A stretch of 64,000 bases of DNA from Phoronis australis (lineage: Eukaryota > Animalia > Phoronida). A program made the translations under genes and the position numbers. Within the stretch, counting starts at the first letter, position 1. Each line of letters starts with the position of its first letter. Below, one piece after another: positions 24,000 to 36,727 of this stretch. Below the pieces are notes generated by a model. It was given only the letters and a program-made list of their open reading frames with translations. It did no database searches and was not told where the DNA came from. The stretch spans positions 874,099-938,098 of the forward strand of contig NMRA01000019.1 of assembly GCA_002633005.1 (NCBI GenBank). Direction: 5' to 3'.

Positions 24000-26900
24000 T
24001 CAACCGGCAAGTTTTGTTTGCCCTTTGACGTTGTGATTCTTGGACATAGCACTCAGAACTACGTCAAGAAGACCATGTCCTGTCTCCTTATTTGTTGGCG
24101 ACGTAGGCGGAGTCCATTCTTCGGGCGGCGGTGTTACCGTGAAGCCTGTCTTGCACTGTGGAACCGCGCTGATAGGGATCCTCTTTTCTGATATGGCAGA
24201 CCGCGGTCGACCTTCTATCTTTATCTGGTTATCCTAAAATATTCCATCAAAATGAATCGGTTAAGGCGTAGGTGTTCGTTACAGTGGGTTCAACTGAGTT
24301 AACAACTCAAACTTGTATCGTTCAAAATGTTTTCGTGACATAAAGTTTCAGTCAAGTATATCGAGCAGCCTTTTCGATTTTTTTTTGTAAAAAGTTTGAG
24401 TCTCCATTGCCCGGTTGCGTGAAACAGGGACTCAACTAAGGTCCCTAAATCTTTTTCGTATTTGTTTCGTTCTCTAGGTACAGGTGTAATATTTTTTCTA
24501 TAATTTAATCTTTATTATGAGCTCTTCTTTGAATAATGACATTTTCTAATAATATGACTAAAAACTGAGCCCTCAATTCAATCAAAACAGTTAGGGACTT
24601 ACTCCTTAAATTGGGTGCGTTGCATGAAAAGTTCCCTACTTATTTTCAATAATATTTAGAATTCAATCTAGATTTCACTCTCGATTTGTATCAAAGCCAA
24701 AAATTGGCGTAGTAATGATATTCAAACAGCATAAGATAGGACAATCAGTGTTTTCACAAGCCCGCAAATACGCAGTAGATTTAGGGACCTTAGTTGAGTT
24801 CCTATTTGGGACTGTTTCATGCAACCGAGCACATGAAGTTTCACTTTTCTTTTTAAAATAAACCATGTGAACTCAAATGCTCCCCACTCCGCCGGATTTG
24901 ACCCAAGATGAAATGCGCATTATCCTTATTTGGAAAGTAGACATTATGACAGCGAATCTTGATCTTATGGTGAATAAAAATGTTGCAACTACTTAGCAGA
25001 GTCCTCAGGGAGGGCGACAAATCTGGCGAAATCCCATTGGACGGCCAGTGGCGGACATTTGTCATGAACCGTAGCGACACCTAGCGGAGGTGTGCTCCGA
25101 AGAAAACAAATATGGTGGACACTGACTGAGAAAAGACATTCTATTATTTTCCTTTGCGTTTTCAGCTCCATAATCTTCTATCGTCTTTGTATTTAATGTT
25201 TATTGTTTAAAGATGTGTGTGCGTGAGCGCATGCATCATCTATGGGAAGCAAGTTTGAAACTGGGTACGGAAGAAAGAGCTTTTCAGGAGCGTAAAGTTT
25301 CAAAACTGATGAAGTGGTTATTTCTTAAAAATTGTTTCACAAATAGAAATGAATATTTCTTTAGTAGGCATTACGAAAATGGACTTTTGTCTGGAATTGT
25401 TTAAAAGTTATTTTTGACAAGGCTTCATGTACCGTACCCCTTTAAAGTAAAGTTGCTTATACGTGTGTATATTAAGCGCTACTTGTGACACAACTTGCTT
25501 TTTTGTTCAGGCACGCTTTTCGTGGGCAACGAAAGCCGCGTCAGAGATTTTTGTAAAGCACTTTATAAGCTGGATGATGGCTAATGAATAAGACGGTTTA
25601 CGACCCAGTGAATTGTATAAAAAGACATGTATAGGTGATAGGTACAATCTCATGATCACTGTCGGTGTCTTCTCTCCGACCGGGCAAAAATACAAAGATG
25701 TGCTAATTTGAATATTGCGTGGTTTGTGATAGAGACCGAAACTTTCATTTCGAGTGTGGAAGAGACACTAGCACTGACCTCTGTTGTTGAAATAACCAGG
25801 TCTAACACATTTCCTGCCATTTCTGTGTCCGGTGTTTTCGGCCTCAGTGAGGGCGACAGTCGAGGAGAAGCTGGGGTAGATCTAGACCTATTCACCACAG
25901 GGGATTGGGGTCGTCTCAGAGTTTGGATGCTGAATCGCTGGTGTATATCTGGAAGCACTCCCGCTCGTACATTTGCCGCCTGGTTTGGGGTGGGCGTACC
26001 CAAGGAGGTCGAAAATTCTTGTGTCTTCATGTTTTGGTTTGCCTTCATGTGTTTGCGTTGTTTTATTCGAAATTCTTGCTCGCCCTTTATCAGTTCACTG
26101 GAATAGACAATATGACTATCTAAATATAATGTCACGCACATACACATTTTTGAAGAAAGTGTATCTCCCCAGGGTCTCAAGGTGTGTACAAATGCCCAAA
26201 ACTGAATTCATATGCAAGACTATGGCTAAGTCTTCTAATTCCATTAAAGGAACATTTTCGTTTTTGCGGTCGAAAACGCATTTTGGGATTGATAAACTTT
26301 TTGAAGTTATTTAGCATCGACGAGAGCTACACCGAAACAACAAAATCGGTTGTGTTTTTGTGATTTTGTTGCAAGTCGCCAATTCTAACTGTACGGTCTG
26401 CCGGTCACTCGCAAAATTAAAGGCTAAGACATCTAAGGGGCTTCAAGCCGGAAGTCCTCAAAGAGAGCCAATCAGATGTTTTAACCGGTTAGCCCGGCGG
26501 AAACGGCGAAGTCAATCGTATATTGTCAGTGGCGAACCAAAAACTAATCCAGAATTCTTATGCCGGAAACGAAAAGCTTAGGCTTCTTTCCTTAAATCAG
26601 AATTTCCGAGAAAAAAGCGAGGTCACGCAAGTCTTCTCCAATGATATTGAAAAACTAAAATTAAATTTTGCCACGTGCTTGTTACAAGTGATCTACACAG
26701 GCCTTCAAGATACGGACATCGTACATCACGAGTGTTAGTTTTCAAATTGCACACAGCATGGCAGCTGGGACAGTGACAGTTGGCAATAAAGCTGAAACAT
26801 TCCTCAGACCTACGACACTGGAGGTAGGCTTATGATATGTTGGTGAAAGAAGTTACCTTAGATCAATGGAACCGCTATCGTCTTTATCTAAGCGCTTTAA

Positions 26901-29900
26901 CAAGGTATCCAACTGGCTTTGAGTCAACGGAATCTTCGCCACCTGAAAGAGACCGATAACGTTTAGGACGTATAGCAAGATTTAAAATATATATGAAAAC
27001 AGTTCCCGCCTTCACGCTAATGCTGTCTACTCATGGGCGGCGCAGCACTGAAAAAGGTGGGGAACTATAGCCCCCCAGCCCCCTCATGGTGCGCCGCCCA
27101 TGCTACTTTCTAGTTAATGCAGAACAATTCCTAACAACGATTTTCTGTGGGCACCGTGTTTCCGTTTGGTTGCATTTTTACCGTGTTGTTCAGATGCAGG
27201 TGTACAAAATCACGTGTATAGTAATACAAAGAACCTGTAGCCAGGCTAGGTAAACATAATGGGCAACTTTAAATTTACCAGGTGGCGCTAATGCGACAAC
27301 GACCTCTGTAGAATGTATTTATTTCGTGAGCCAACACTAGCGCATTATCTCCGCATGTAACTAAACGCGGTATTATCAGACGAGAAAACCAGGGAATTAT
27401 TTTGACAAGTTCACTAAAAAGATTACGTTCATGTTGATAAAAATTTGCACTGCCCTAAATCAAATTACATGTTAATTAAATAACATAAATTTTAGCCAAT
27501 CATTTTCAACTATTGGCGATCTTATTCACCAAACAATAATTGATTTAATCATTCACATATTCCTCCGATTCTTTGACACAAGTTACGGTAAAGTAGAAAA
27601 TGGGAGATCATGAAGCCAATAATTACAAAATTCTTTACATTGAACAAAAAATTCCACCTGATTGCCCAAATGAATATTCAGTTCCAAGTTCACGCCTACG
27701 CGATCTTATAAACAGGATTCTAAGTTCACGCACAGCAGCGGCACGGGGCTATGAGCCCACAGGAATGTTTACTGCTCTCCGTATATACACGTGAGTTAAC
27801 AAGAGGACCCAATACTCGTTAGCACCACCTGTTGAATACAATGTCTCCCATTAAAACGTCTCAAGCGTACAGTAATTAACGCATTGAAGTCCACGTCATA
27901 CGACCATGTATGTAACATAACTATCAATTGCAATCCATCTTATCGATTTCGAACTTCGGTTTCTACCGAGCTTTGGTAATACATAGCTTGTGAGTGGTAC
28001 ATGAAACATGTCTTCAAGGAAGTGTAGCGAATATCATTACAAACCTGTAAACCGTTTACGAATTCAGATCGACTGAGGTTCCAGTCTTGGTTCGTGTCGA
28101 ATTGTTTGAACATGTCAATCAAACGGTAACCCTGCGCGCGCACGTAAGACATGAGCAGGAAGAATGGGTTGACCTCGTACTTTTGGGCGTAACGTTTGGC
28201 TAATGCGTCGTCGCTAGACACGTAACCACCGTGCACTACTTCGAACGCGGGCTTTTGCTGCTGGATTTCAGCGATCATGGCACCCACTGTGAAAGTGATG
28301 GGAGTGTCCTAGAAATGAATTTTACGGAAACTTTAATAATAGATGCGAAAACGTTATCAGGTGTAAGATCTATTCTGGCTCTTACATACCGTGCGTAAAT
28401 AAACAACAGATTTTTGTTTATTTTGGAGCCATTTCGAAGATTCTGGTGTAAAGTGGTATTAATCAAGCACCACCGAGACATGCCAGTTCAAAAGCGTGCT
28501 AATACATATATTCATTGTCGTATTAAGGGAGCCTGGAATCCCGCGACTAAGAAAAAATCAACCAGAATAACATTTTTAGCGGTAAGGAAAATATTTTTCT
28601 TTCGAGATGTGTAGTGGGCCGCCCGCGACAAACTAGGTTCGCAACTGACTTACCGAAAATCCCAGGCTTGAGATCGCGCTGTTGGGATTCCGTTTAATTG
28701 CGTCCAACAACTTTGTAACTCCTGCTGATGTGACTGGATTCAGGCCCATCTAAAATTACACAACAACTCTTAAACTTTCATTTCACTCTGTTCATATGGC
28801 TAAAACCGTTGGCAATTTTCTCTAAAACCGGCCTAAACATTCCTTACTGTGATAAGATTCCATTTCCGTTACCAACCCAAGTCACAAGCAATGTATACAT
28901 GCGACATTTTGGAATTCGTAATTTTAGGGTTGGACAATCCTAATAAAATCTGAAGCGTCTCTCGAGTAGTTGTATAGTTTTGAGATTCTTGTTAGAAGAA
29001 TCCTATCATGGTAAGGTAAGAGGCTGATTTTATGAGAATAAAATTGTTAAATCCGACTTTCGTTTTTATGCCAGCTTTAAGATACGAGTTCTGCATAAGG
29101 AATCATTTGGAAGTCACTGGCTAAACGTAAAATGCAATGTTGGAAAAAGTTACATGACTTCAGGTGTCGCTAGTGAATAGTGACGTCACAGCTTGTGTGT
29201 AAGATCACAGATTTCGTTCATTGAAGGAGTTGGCGGTCCTTGTACTATATAACCTACGATGAGTTTGACTTACGAGAACATTACGTATTTTTAAATCACT
29301 TATTAACGTCGAAAATGGTAATTGTTTACCAGTCATGCACAGCTTACAAATGCACGAAGTTAAACATTTGTGTCATGAATGGTTTTCCGGAAAGAAAACA
29401 CCTGGTCATCCCGTTTCAAACTGAAAAGTTTGAAACAGTTATCTTATAGTGCTCTAAGTCACACGCTGCCATTTGACAGTAACTTACCCTGAGCACCTTC
29501 AGTGTTTCGTTAACTTTCAGTGAGGCGAAGAGGAAAGCAGTGCCTTCTATCGTTATTCTGTTGCACGTCAGGTCCAAAATTTGAAGAGTTGTGTTCACTT
29601 TGAGCGACGAAGCGAAATAAAAAGCACCGTCGTTGGATATCCCGTTCCAAGAGACGTCGAGTATTTTAATGCTCTGGTTATTCTAAAACAAAATGCCTGA
29701 ATTCTCAAAAACACATCTTTCCAAGGTTCCACCATGACTTTTCGCTTGCTACTGTTGTATGATGTTTTAGTTCATTATGATAATTTTAGCAACAACACTG
29801 CGGCATCGTAATTAATTCGCATTTGATAAAAAAGTTTTTTATTTGGTTAGGTGTGGGTTTTAAAATTCCCCGCCTTGACATACCTTTAGTGCACTGCCAA

Positions 29901-32900
29901 TAGCCCGAGCGCCTCTCAAACGTAAATGATTCCAACTGAGATCGACCTCCTCAAGAGAATCATTGTTTGCTGTAAAAGAAACGAGGCGTATGTAAATAAT
30001 CTACAAGAGTGATTTGGATTTATAACAACTTAACCAAGTGAAAACTTTGGCTTGTCTTGCTGTCTACTGCAACGCTGTGGAAAATTGCTCCTTTTAAAGG
30101 GTTCGACACAGGTTTAATTTATCGTTGATTTTAAAGAATTTCTACTTTTCGTTTTTGGCTTACAACAAATTTGCAAAAAATGTGGGAGTCATCGAATCCT
30201 CTTCTCCGTTACAGCTGCTCAAATAAATGTGAAATTTACATGGACTGCTGCTGTTCGATGTCAATTTTATGCTTTGGTTGCCTTAATTCTATTTCCCGAT
30301 TTACTGATTTTTACGTCTGCGTAAGTAAACGTTTTTTTCCAAATATTTGATATATTTCATAACTGGCCAACCTCAGCGTCTATATATTTACTATATCTCG
30401 TTTTTTTCCCGATTATCAGTACCTCAAATTTTAGCGTTTTGGCTTCCTGGTATACACATACACAAAACGTACCGAGAATGGCGTACATGACGTAATATCC
30501 TACGAGACATTATTCCGCGTATCGACCGAGACCGAAATTTTTTCGGCAGATTTTTCAAATACTTCACCCAGACTGTTCACATGGCGGATCACATCCTATA
30601 TGTATGTACTTGCGCGTAAGGTTGTAAGTTTTCTCTTGTAAAAGAAACAGTTTTAAAACTAACGATTTATTTCTTGAAAAGAGGTAACAAAGATGAAAAC
30701 AACGGCAACTGTGCAGTGAACTTCTAACATCTCCTGGATCTAGTTAAAAAAAACATTTGAAATTTTAGATTCCTAGGAATCGGCGCCTGAGTTCCAGACG
30801 ATATATTATCCCATGCGCGTTGAATCTGTCGCGGGAAATACGGCCTTGTAATAAAGTTTTCCGTATTCACCTCCCGCACTACTTCAACAGCGACCTCTGA
30901 CATGGAAAGTTCAAAAGGTATGTCAATGTCGACTCGACGTCTTCTGAGCCGGTTCGATCATCAAACTTTCCGAATATAGTTTAAAGTAATACAGTTGCAA
31001 CAGTGTATCTAACACTCGACATGCAACCAGGTCCTAAACGTAAAATCTGGAACAAAACTGTTAATTATAAGATACTTATGTCTCAGTTTTCAAGTGCTGA
31101 ATAGTATATCGTCTGCAACTCAAGCGCCGATTCCTAGGAAATTAAAACATCAAATATTTCATTTTTCAACTATTTCCAGGAGATGTTCACTGCTCAACTG
31201 ACGTTGTTTTCATCTTTGCTGCCTCTTTTCAAGAAATAAATTGTTACTTCTACAACTGTTTCTTTCACAAGAGAAAACTTGCAACCTAACGCGCAATTAC
31301 ATACATATAGGATGTGATCCGCCATGTGAACAGTCTGGATGAAGTATTTGAAAAATCTGCCAATACAAGAAACTTAGAGATTCGAAGCGCGCTGGGATAA
31401 ATACAAAACGTACCTCGATTGGCGTACATGAAGTAATATCCCACTCGACCTTATTCCGCGGAATAATGTCTCGTGGAATATTACTTCATGTACGTCGCTC
31501 TCGGTACGTTTTGTGTATTTACACATTTGTACTAAGTTTTTCTATTGTTTTGTTTACAATTGATGCCCAGCGCATTTCCTATGAAAATAGAAGAAACTTT
31601 TAAGGAGTCGCTGGCTTCGTTTTCATCTGTTTTAAAGCAAACAAACTTAAGCCAGAATCTGATAAGAATGCACAATTTCACCTCCTCAAAGGCGCAATTT
31701 CAACATCACGATTACACCGGTGCATTTACTAGATGGCGATTTTGTCATGTTGGGATTGTGAAAAAACGACGTCGGAGTGAAATTTGATGTAGCGCGCTAT
31801 TATCAAACGCTAAAATAACAAAATGAAAACAAAAACTCAACATTTTAAAACAAAAATCTATTACTTGAAGTGTAAAATCATATTCAAATGTTAGTAAATG
31901 TCGTAAGAGAACGAATGCATCAAAGCTTTTTTGCAAACCGTCGGATCAATGTAGTCTAGTTGCAAATACCTCCCATAAAGGTTCTGACTGCAGCAAAACA
32001 TCACTTACCCAAGGCTTCTGCTAGCTTTTCGCCACCAATTTCACAGAACTGGTTGTGACTGAGATTGAGTTTACGTAACATGTAATTTTCCTGAAATAGC
32101 AAAACGTATAGATTTCTGAGTCACAATGAGACTTATTTCGAAGCTTCAAAGTCTTAACCGAAATCAGTATTTATGTATTGCAAATCAATTCGAAAAACTG
32201 GCCATCCTATTTGATTGTAATGTTTAGTTTAGAGAAAGTTTATTCCTATACCAATAAGTGCGAAAAAGATGCGGTGCATTTCATATACATGACCTCGCCA
32301 TATTTTTTGGAATATGTAATAATGATAAAAACAGCTCTAATGAAAATAGCGGTGGTAGTGATGATCTTTCTCAAACAAATTTCATAAAGATATTTCATGC
32401 CGTGATAAAAATGAACCGAGTCTTACCTTAAGTGCCTGCACAAAGAATTCCGCATCCAAACCTTTGAAACGATTTCCAGACAAGTCCACCTCACGTATCT
32501 GACAGCTGTCTTGGAACAGATCACAAATAGCTCGCGCTCCTTCAGTGCCCAAGTCATTATAAGACAGTTTCTGAAAAAGAATATTCGTGTTCAGCGAGAT
32601 GACACTATGACGACCGTGTTTGTGGAGTGCGGCAAGATGATTTTACGGGAAAATCGCGAAAAAGTCTGTTTATATAAGAATTACGGTTGTCCATTTGCAA
32701 TAGACAAATGTTGAGATCGAACGTAATTGGTGTTATATCTCTGAAGTTAGCAAGAGTGCAAATCTCATGGTAGCCCATATCGATATATCTGATGAAATTT
32801 CCAACACGAAACTGTCGGTTTAGTATAACTTTCAGAAACATAAAAAGTGACAAGCTTCTCCGAACAACAGAGCAATCATCTCCGTAAACAAAGTCGATAC

Positions 32901-35900
32901 GAAAACTCGTTTTGCTTCCCATAGCTTTCGTAGCGATATTTAAGAATGAAGTCGATAGAACTATTTGAAATTCATTTTGTATTCAAAACCACCAAATCGC
33001 ATTTCAAACTTTTGTTGGCATAGAAGAGCAGGGTGATTGTAAAGAAGCGATTTTGGAAGCAAAGTCGCGAAATGCTGGCAGAATTTTGTGAATGACTTAA
33101 GCGAAGAACAGTATGGACTTCCAAACTTTTTTGCTGCCAACGCGGCTGAGTCTGACTCTTCCACCTCATACTATCATACTAACGCGTCAATGCACTGGGC
33201 GGATATAGGTGTAGCTCGTGTCCAATCTATGTTAGCGGTATTTTGAAGTAACTTTGAGTCTAAACTAACACTTCTATGTCACATAGCAACGAAGTGAAAG
33301 GGTCTCTATGGTTACGTACCAGTGTCTTTATGAATACGTTCTCCTTCAGAGCTTCACACAGTGCACGAGTTCCTTGCGATCCGATACAGTTCTCACTCAG
33401 ATTAAGATCTGTTATAATTGTGTTTGCCTAAAGACAGACAGATGATGGAACGCGTTACACCAGTAGACCCATAAACGAGCAACGATTAATGTATCACCAA
33501 ATATATAACCAAACTAGCAAAAGGAATTGTACATCTTTTTATAAAGATTAACTTTTAAAGGTTTTCAATCGGTTAAGGGCGGAAAAACGCATTTGTGGTT
33601 ATTTTTGCATGCTATGCGGACCTTTTACTGAAAAAAATCAACGAGGACTAAAAAAAAACAAAAAAAAAAACGGGGCCACTACTGACCTTCCAATCGTGCA
33701 TCCGTTTGTGGACTTTTGTCTCGTTTACGGTTACTTTTTGTTTCATTGAGGTGGACCTTTTTGCCCAATTCACCAAATTCGGGGGCTCGTTCGAGCCCTC
33801 GAACCCCCCCCCCGGGTACGCCCATGTTTTTGGGTTAGGATAGACTGCTTAGAGTGTTGCGGAATGACTCATCTATAAAACTAAACCGTCACATATTGCG
33901 TGACAGTAGTACAAGTGATATCATGGTATCTTTTGAACTATCACCAAGTTTTGTTATGATGTCCCATTTGCTTATTTAATGTCCACACAATCTAAAGTAG
34001 TGAGGTTTCTAGGCCAATACTTCATAAATAACGTAAGCACATATCTTCTCTCAGATAGTCCACATAACAAGCGATAACAAGGGCGGGAACAGCACGGCTC
34101 AGTCACATTCGCGGTCACAGTTCCTCTTTCATAAACGCGACTCGGGCACAATAAATTCAGCTCACTGGTTCACAAACACTGATCACAGGCAAACACTGTG
34201 TCGGACAGGACTAACGAAACACGGCTAAGTTACGCACCTAAAACAACTCACGACTCTCAAACACGTCTCACCAACCGGCGCCGAACACAACTTACACAAA
34301 TGGAGTCCGTACACCGTGTGTTTTTGACCCGGCGGAAGGAGGTACCACACAAAATTCCCTGTGAATGAATGCCTAGCTGATTTAGTTTACTATAAAAGAG
34401 TTCGCTTCGCGAATTCGAAACTCTTCAAAAAGTTCCTTTTGTACGAGCTACAAAAATCAAGAGAAGTGTTTTCTATCTGTATGTTCTTTTAAACTTGACT
34501 GCAAAAGATGCACCCACTTTTCACAACATGGTGTCTCTTCTGCAGGGCTGATTCCTGTCTAATGGATTGCAAAGACAGCTGTTATACAAAAGGGTCAATT
34601 GCATGACCTCTACAATTTCTGACCTCGAAATAAACCCCTGCAAAAGGGTGCGTTTTTCTGGAGCGAGTCCTATGAACAGGAGACCGTTTTTCATGGAAGC
34701 TCCCTGAGAAATGAGCCCTCTTTTCAAATCCAATCTCTAAATAGGTGGCTAGGCCTCTTCTAATTTTACAACTCAGCGGCACACATTCAAACATGTAGTC
34801 AAGTACCCCCCTGGGGTGAGCTGTAGCACGTGTTTGTCAGTCGGTTAACTGGGTGTGCCTGGCATGAGTCGTGTTATACGTCAGAACTATGTTTGTGAGT
34901 GCGGCAGCCGTGTTGTTTCCACCCCCTAGATAATATGTTTCCTATTTCCTTGTCACTCCCTCAGTCAGAATGCATTGAAAGCGCAGAACCAAAGCCCTTC
35001 AGCTCGAACATCACCTGTTGTTAACGAAGGGCAAAAGAGGAGTGGGCCACATGTACGATATCTTTTCCGAGTATCGTCTAACAGTCTGTTCACGTGACGG
35101 CTGTTCACGGACTAAGTTAGCTCACGAAATGTTTAAGTTTGAAAGAAAAATATTAGTCTCATTTTTAAAAAGTCGGCCATTCCTTTCATTTTTTGTTGGT
35201 TTGGTAAATGTCTGACCTACCGATATAGCATATGCCATCACTTGAATGTCCTTCTCTCCCACACACGCCTTGCTCATGTTCAAATATTCCCGAGATAGTT
35301 GCCTTGAAAACCTAGTCGAAGGAATCACCTCGTATTTCTTGCACGCTAGATCATAGAACCGTTTCCCCGTTGGATCAAAAGTTCTCTTGACGCATTGGTT
35401 ATTACCAACACCTGAGTTCAGAAAAGAACAGACGATAACAGCTTTACGAAGATCAGGGTATCAGTCAATAAGATTATCGGATGTTTCTCCACGAAGAAAT
35501 AATTGCATACATCGTAACAAGATATCTAAAATTGATTCCATACATTATTTTCAGTTACGCCATTAAAATTTAAGCTTCAGTCAAAACATGGATAATCTAT
35601 TTTCAAGGGTAACAGTGACGGCAAGTTCCATGGAAACAAACACTTTCATATGTTGACGTCGTAATGTTTCCACTTTTTATTTTTGAACTTCTACTTCGTG
35701 TGCAGGCAAATCATTTTGTTTGCCTTTCATATTTAGCATGTTGAAACAGTTTGTGTGGTCTCTAGTTGAAGGTTTGCAAACACATGTGTTCCTTGGCAGC
35801 TGGCTGCAAAAATGAAACTATTTTTGACAACACGGAATCTCGTTTTCAGTGCCATCGTGACTATGATTAAAGAAAAGTTCGGTATAAACACCTTCTCATT

Positions 35901-36727
35901 TGAAATGAGCTTTTCTCAAATGAATGAGCTTCGAAAAAAGGACTTAAATTGAATACTTAATAAGGTATTGCCCATACAATACCACACTTGCAAATTCACT
36001 AATCGGTCTATCCTATATATATATAGAGGATATACCACGCAGAAGAATAATGTCAGTGGTATATCCTTTATATATATAGGATAGACCCCTCAACAGAACG
36101 ACGTCAATCGTTTGAATGGTCTATTCTATATACTATTTGGATGAAATTTCTCGTTTCTCAGTTTCATCGAAATTCAAGACGTGTCATAGAAAAGATATGT
36201 GTGAGTGTGACCAAGTAAAAATGAATTTAGTAACAAATTAAATTATGTCTTCCGAGCTCACGCATTTACGAACCATAGTAATAAATTAAGTTACGTCTTC
36301 CGTGCTCATGCATTTACGAACCATCGATTTCCAAATCTGTGTCATCCGATTCACTACTGCCAAACGATTCAAGAGAATTTCGTCGCTCAAGTTCATGTTC
36401 GGACTTCGATGTGGATTGTTCAGCTGAGTCAGCGGTCAGTTGCCGTTGCAGTTTCGGTCGAGGTATTCGTCTTTTAGGCAAGTAACTTGTGTGCCGCCAC
36501 CGTGATCCTCTGAAAAAGAATAAACATTGTTGGCATGTTGCAGTGAATCAGCATTTTCTTATTTCTCCTGTAGAACCATTTCAACTCCCGTTGAATCAGT
36601 TCCGTGCAGATATCGATGTTTGTGGACTGATTGCAAGGGGAATAGAGAGAATGTACAGTGTTTCCTCCATTTCGTTGAATTTCCGTAACCGTGAGTGACT
36701 AATTAATTCTTACCTGAACCTGTTCAT
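24000..36727 (-). CDS. LRRC74A: Leucine-rich repeat-containing protein 74A-like (RI-type LRRs plus C-terminal EF-hand pair), 13 exons, ~668 aa
   Basis: Exons 36727-36714, 36509-36322 (..SESDDTDLEID), 35411-35221 (FDPTGKRFYDLACKKYEVIP), 33427-33320, 32570-32427, 32090-32009 (LNLSHNQFCEIGGEKL), 29969-29884 (VDLSWNHLRLRGA), 29682-29488, 28749-28654 (AIKRNPNS), 28308-28045 (RLIDMFKQFDTNQDWNLSRSEF), 26942-26857 (LDKDDSGSIDL), 26097-25779 and 24233-24000. All introns are GT-AG with consistent phases. The last junction is less certain; the alternative is read-through to the stop at 25656. LRRC74A versus LRRC74B orthology cannot be resolved here. Confidence 0.88.
24412..24827. mobile_element. MITE with ~45-bp inverted ends in the last predicted LRRC74A-like intron
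   Basis: cggttgcgtgaaacagggactcaactaaggtccctaaatct versus agatttagggaccttagttgagttcctatttgggactgtttcatgcaaccg. A related right end occurs at ~56281-56368. Confidence 0.7.
27032..27102. mobile_element. 71-bp mini-MITE with 13-bp TIRs and a 5-bp TSD
   Basis: catgggcggcgca ... tgcgccgcccatg, flanked by CTACT on both sides. Confidence 0.75.
28850..29045. repeat. Interspersed repeat with imperfect inverted ends, related to copies at ~41145-41360 and ~43130-43345
   Basis: Shared blocks such as gtcaca(a/g)gcaa..tacatg, attttagg(g/a)ttg, aataaa..ctgaagcg and attttatgagaataaaa / ttttattctcataaaat. Confidence 0.55.
30458..31518. mobile_element. Foldback/MITE with ~350-bp imperfect inverted arms in LRRC74A-like intron 6
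   Basis: Left arm 30458-~30808 (atacacaaaacgtaccgaga...cagactgttcacatggcggatcacatcctatatgtatgta...ttcctaggaatcggcgc) is the reverse complement of right arm ~31101-31518. Confidence 0.8.
34079..34928. mobile_element. MITE-like element with degenerate inverted ends, possibly with a nested insertion (~34500-34816)
   Basis: aagggcgggaacagcacggct versus agccgtgttgtttccaccccct. Its acacg/actcac sub-repeats resemble those of the 17840-18471 element. Confidence 0.45.
36005..36087. repeat. Near-perfect hairpin with ~32-bp arms
   Basis: ggtctatcctatatatatatagaggatatacca / tggtatatcctttatatatataggatagacc. Confidence 0.8.
36234..36327. repeat. 48-bp tandem duplication spanning the LRRC74A-like exon 2 donor site
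   Basis: aaattaaattatgtcttccgagctcacgcatttacgaaccat / aaattaagttacgtcttccgtgctcatgcatttacgaaccat, offset 48 nt. Confidence 0.8.

Noticed and set aside
25656-25778. Read-through C-terminus VSASVSSTLEMKVSV...RRHRQ* of LRRC74A-like exon 12
   Set aside because: A good phase-0 donor at 25779 and a matching downstream exon make this more likely intron. It is kept only as an alternative end.
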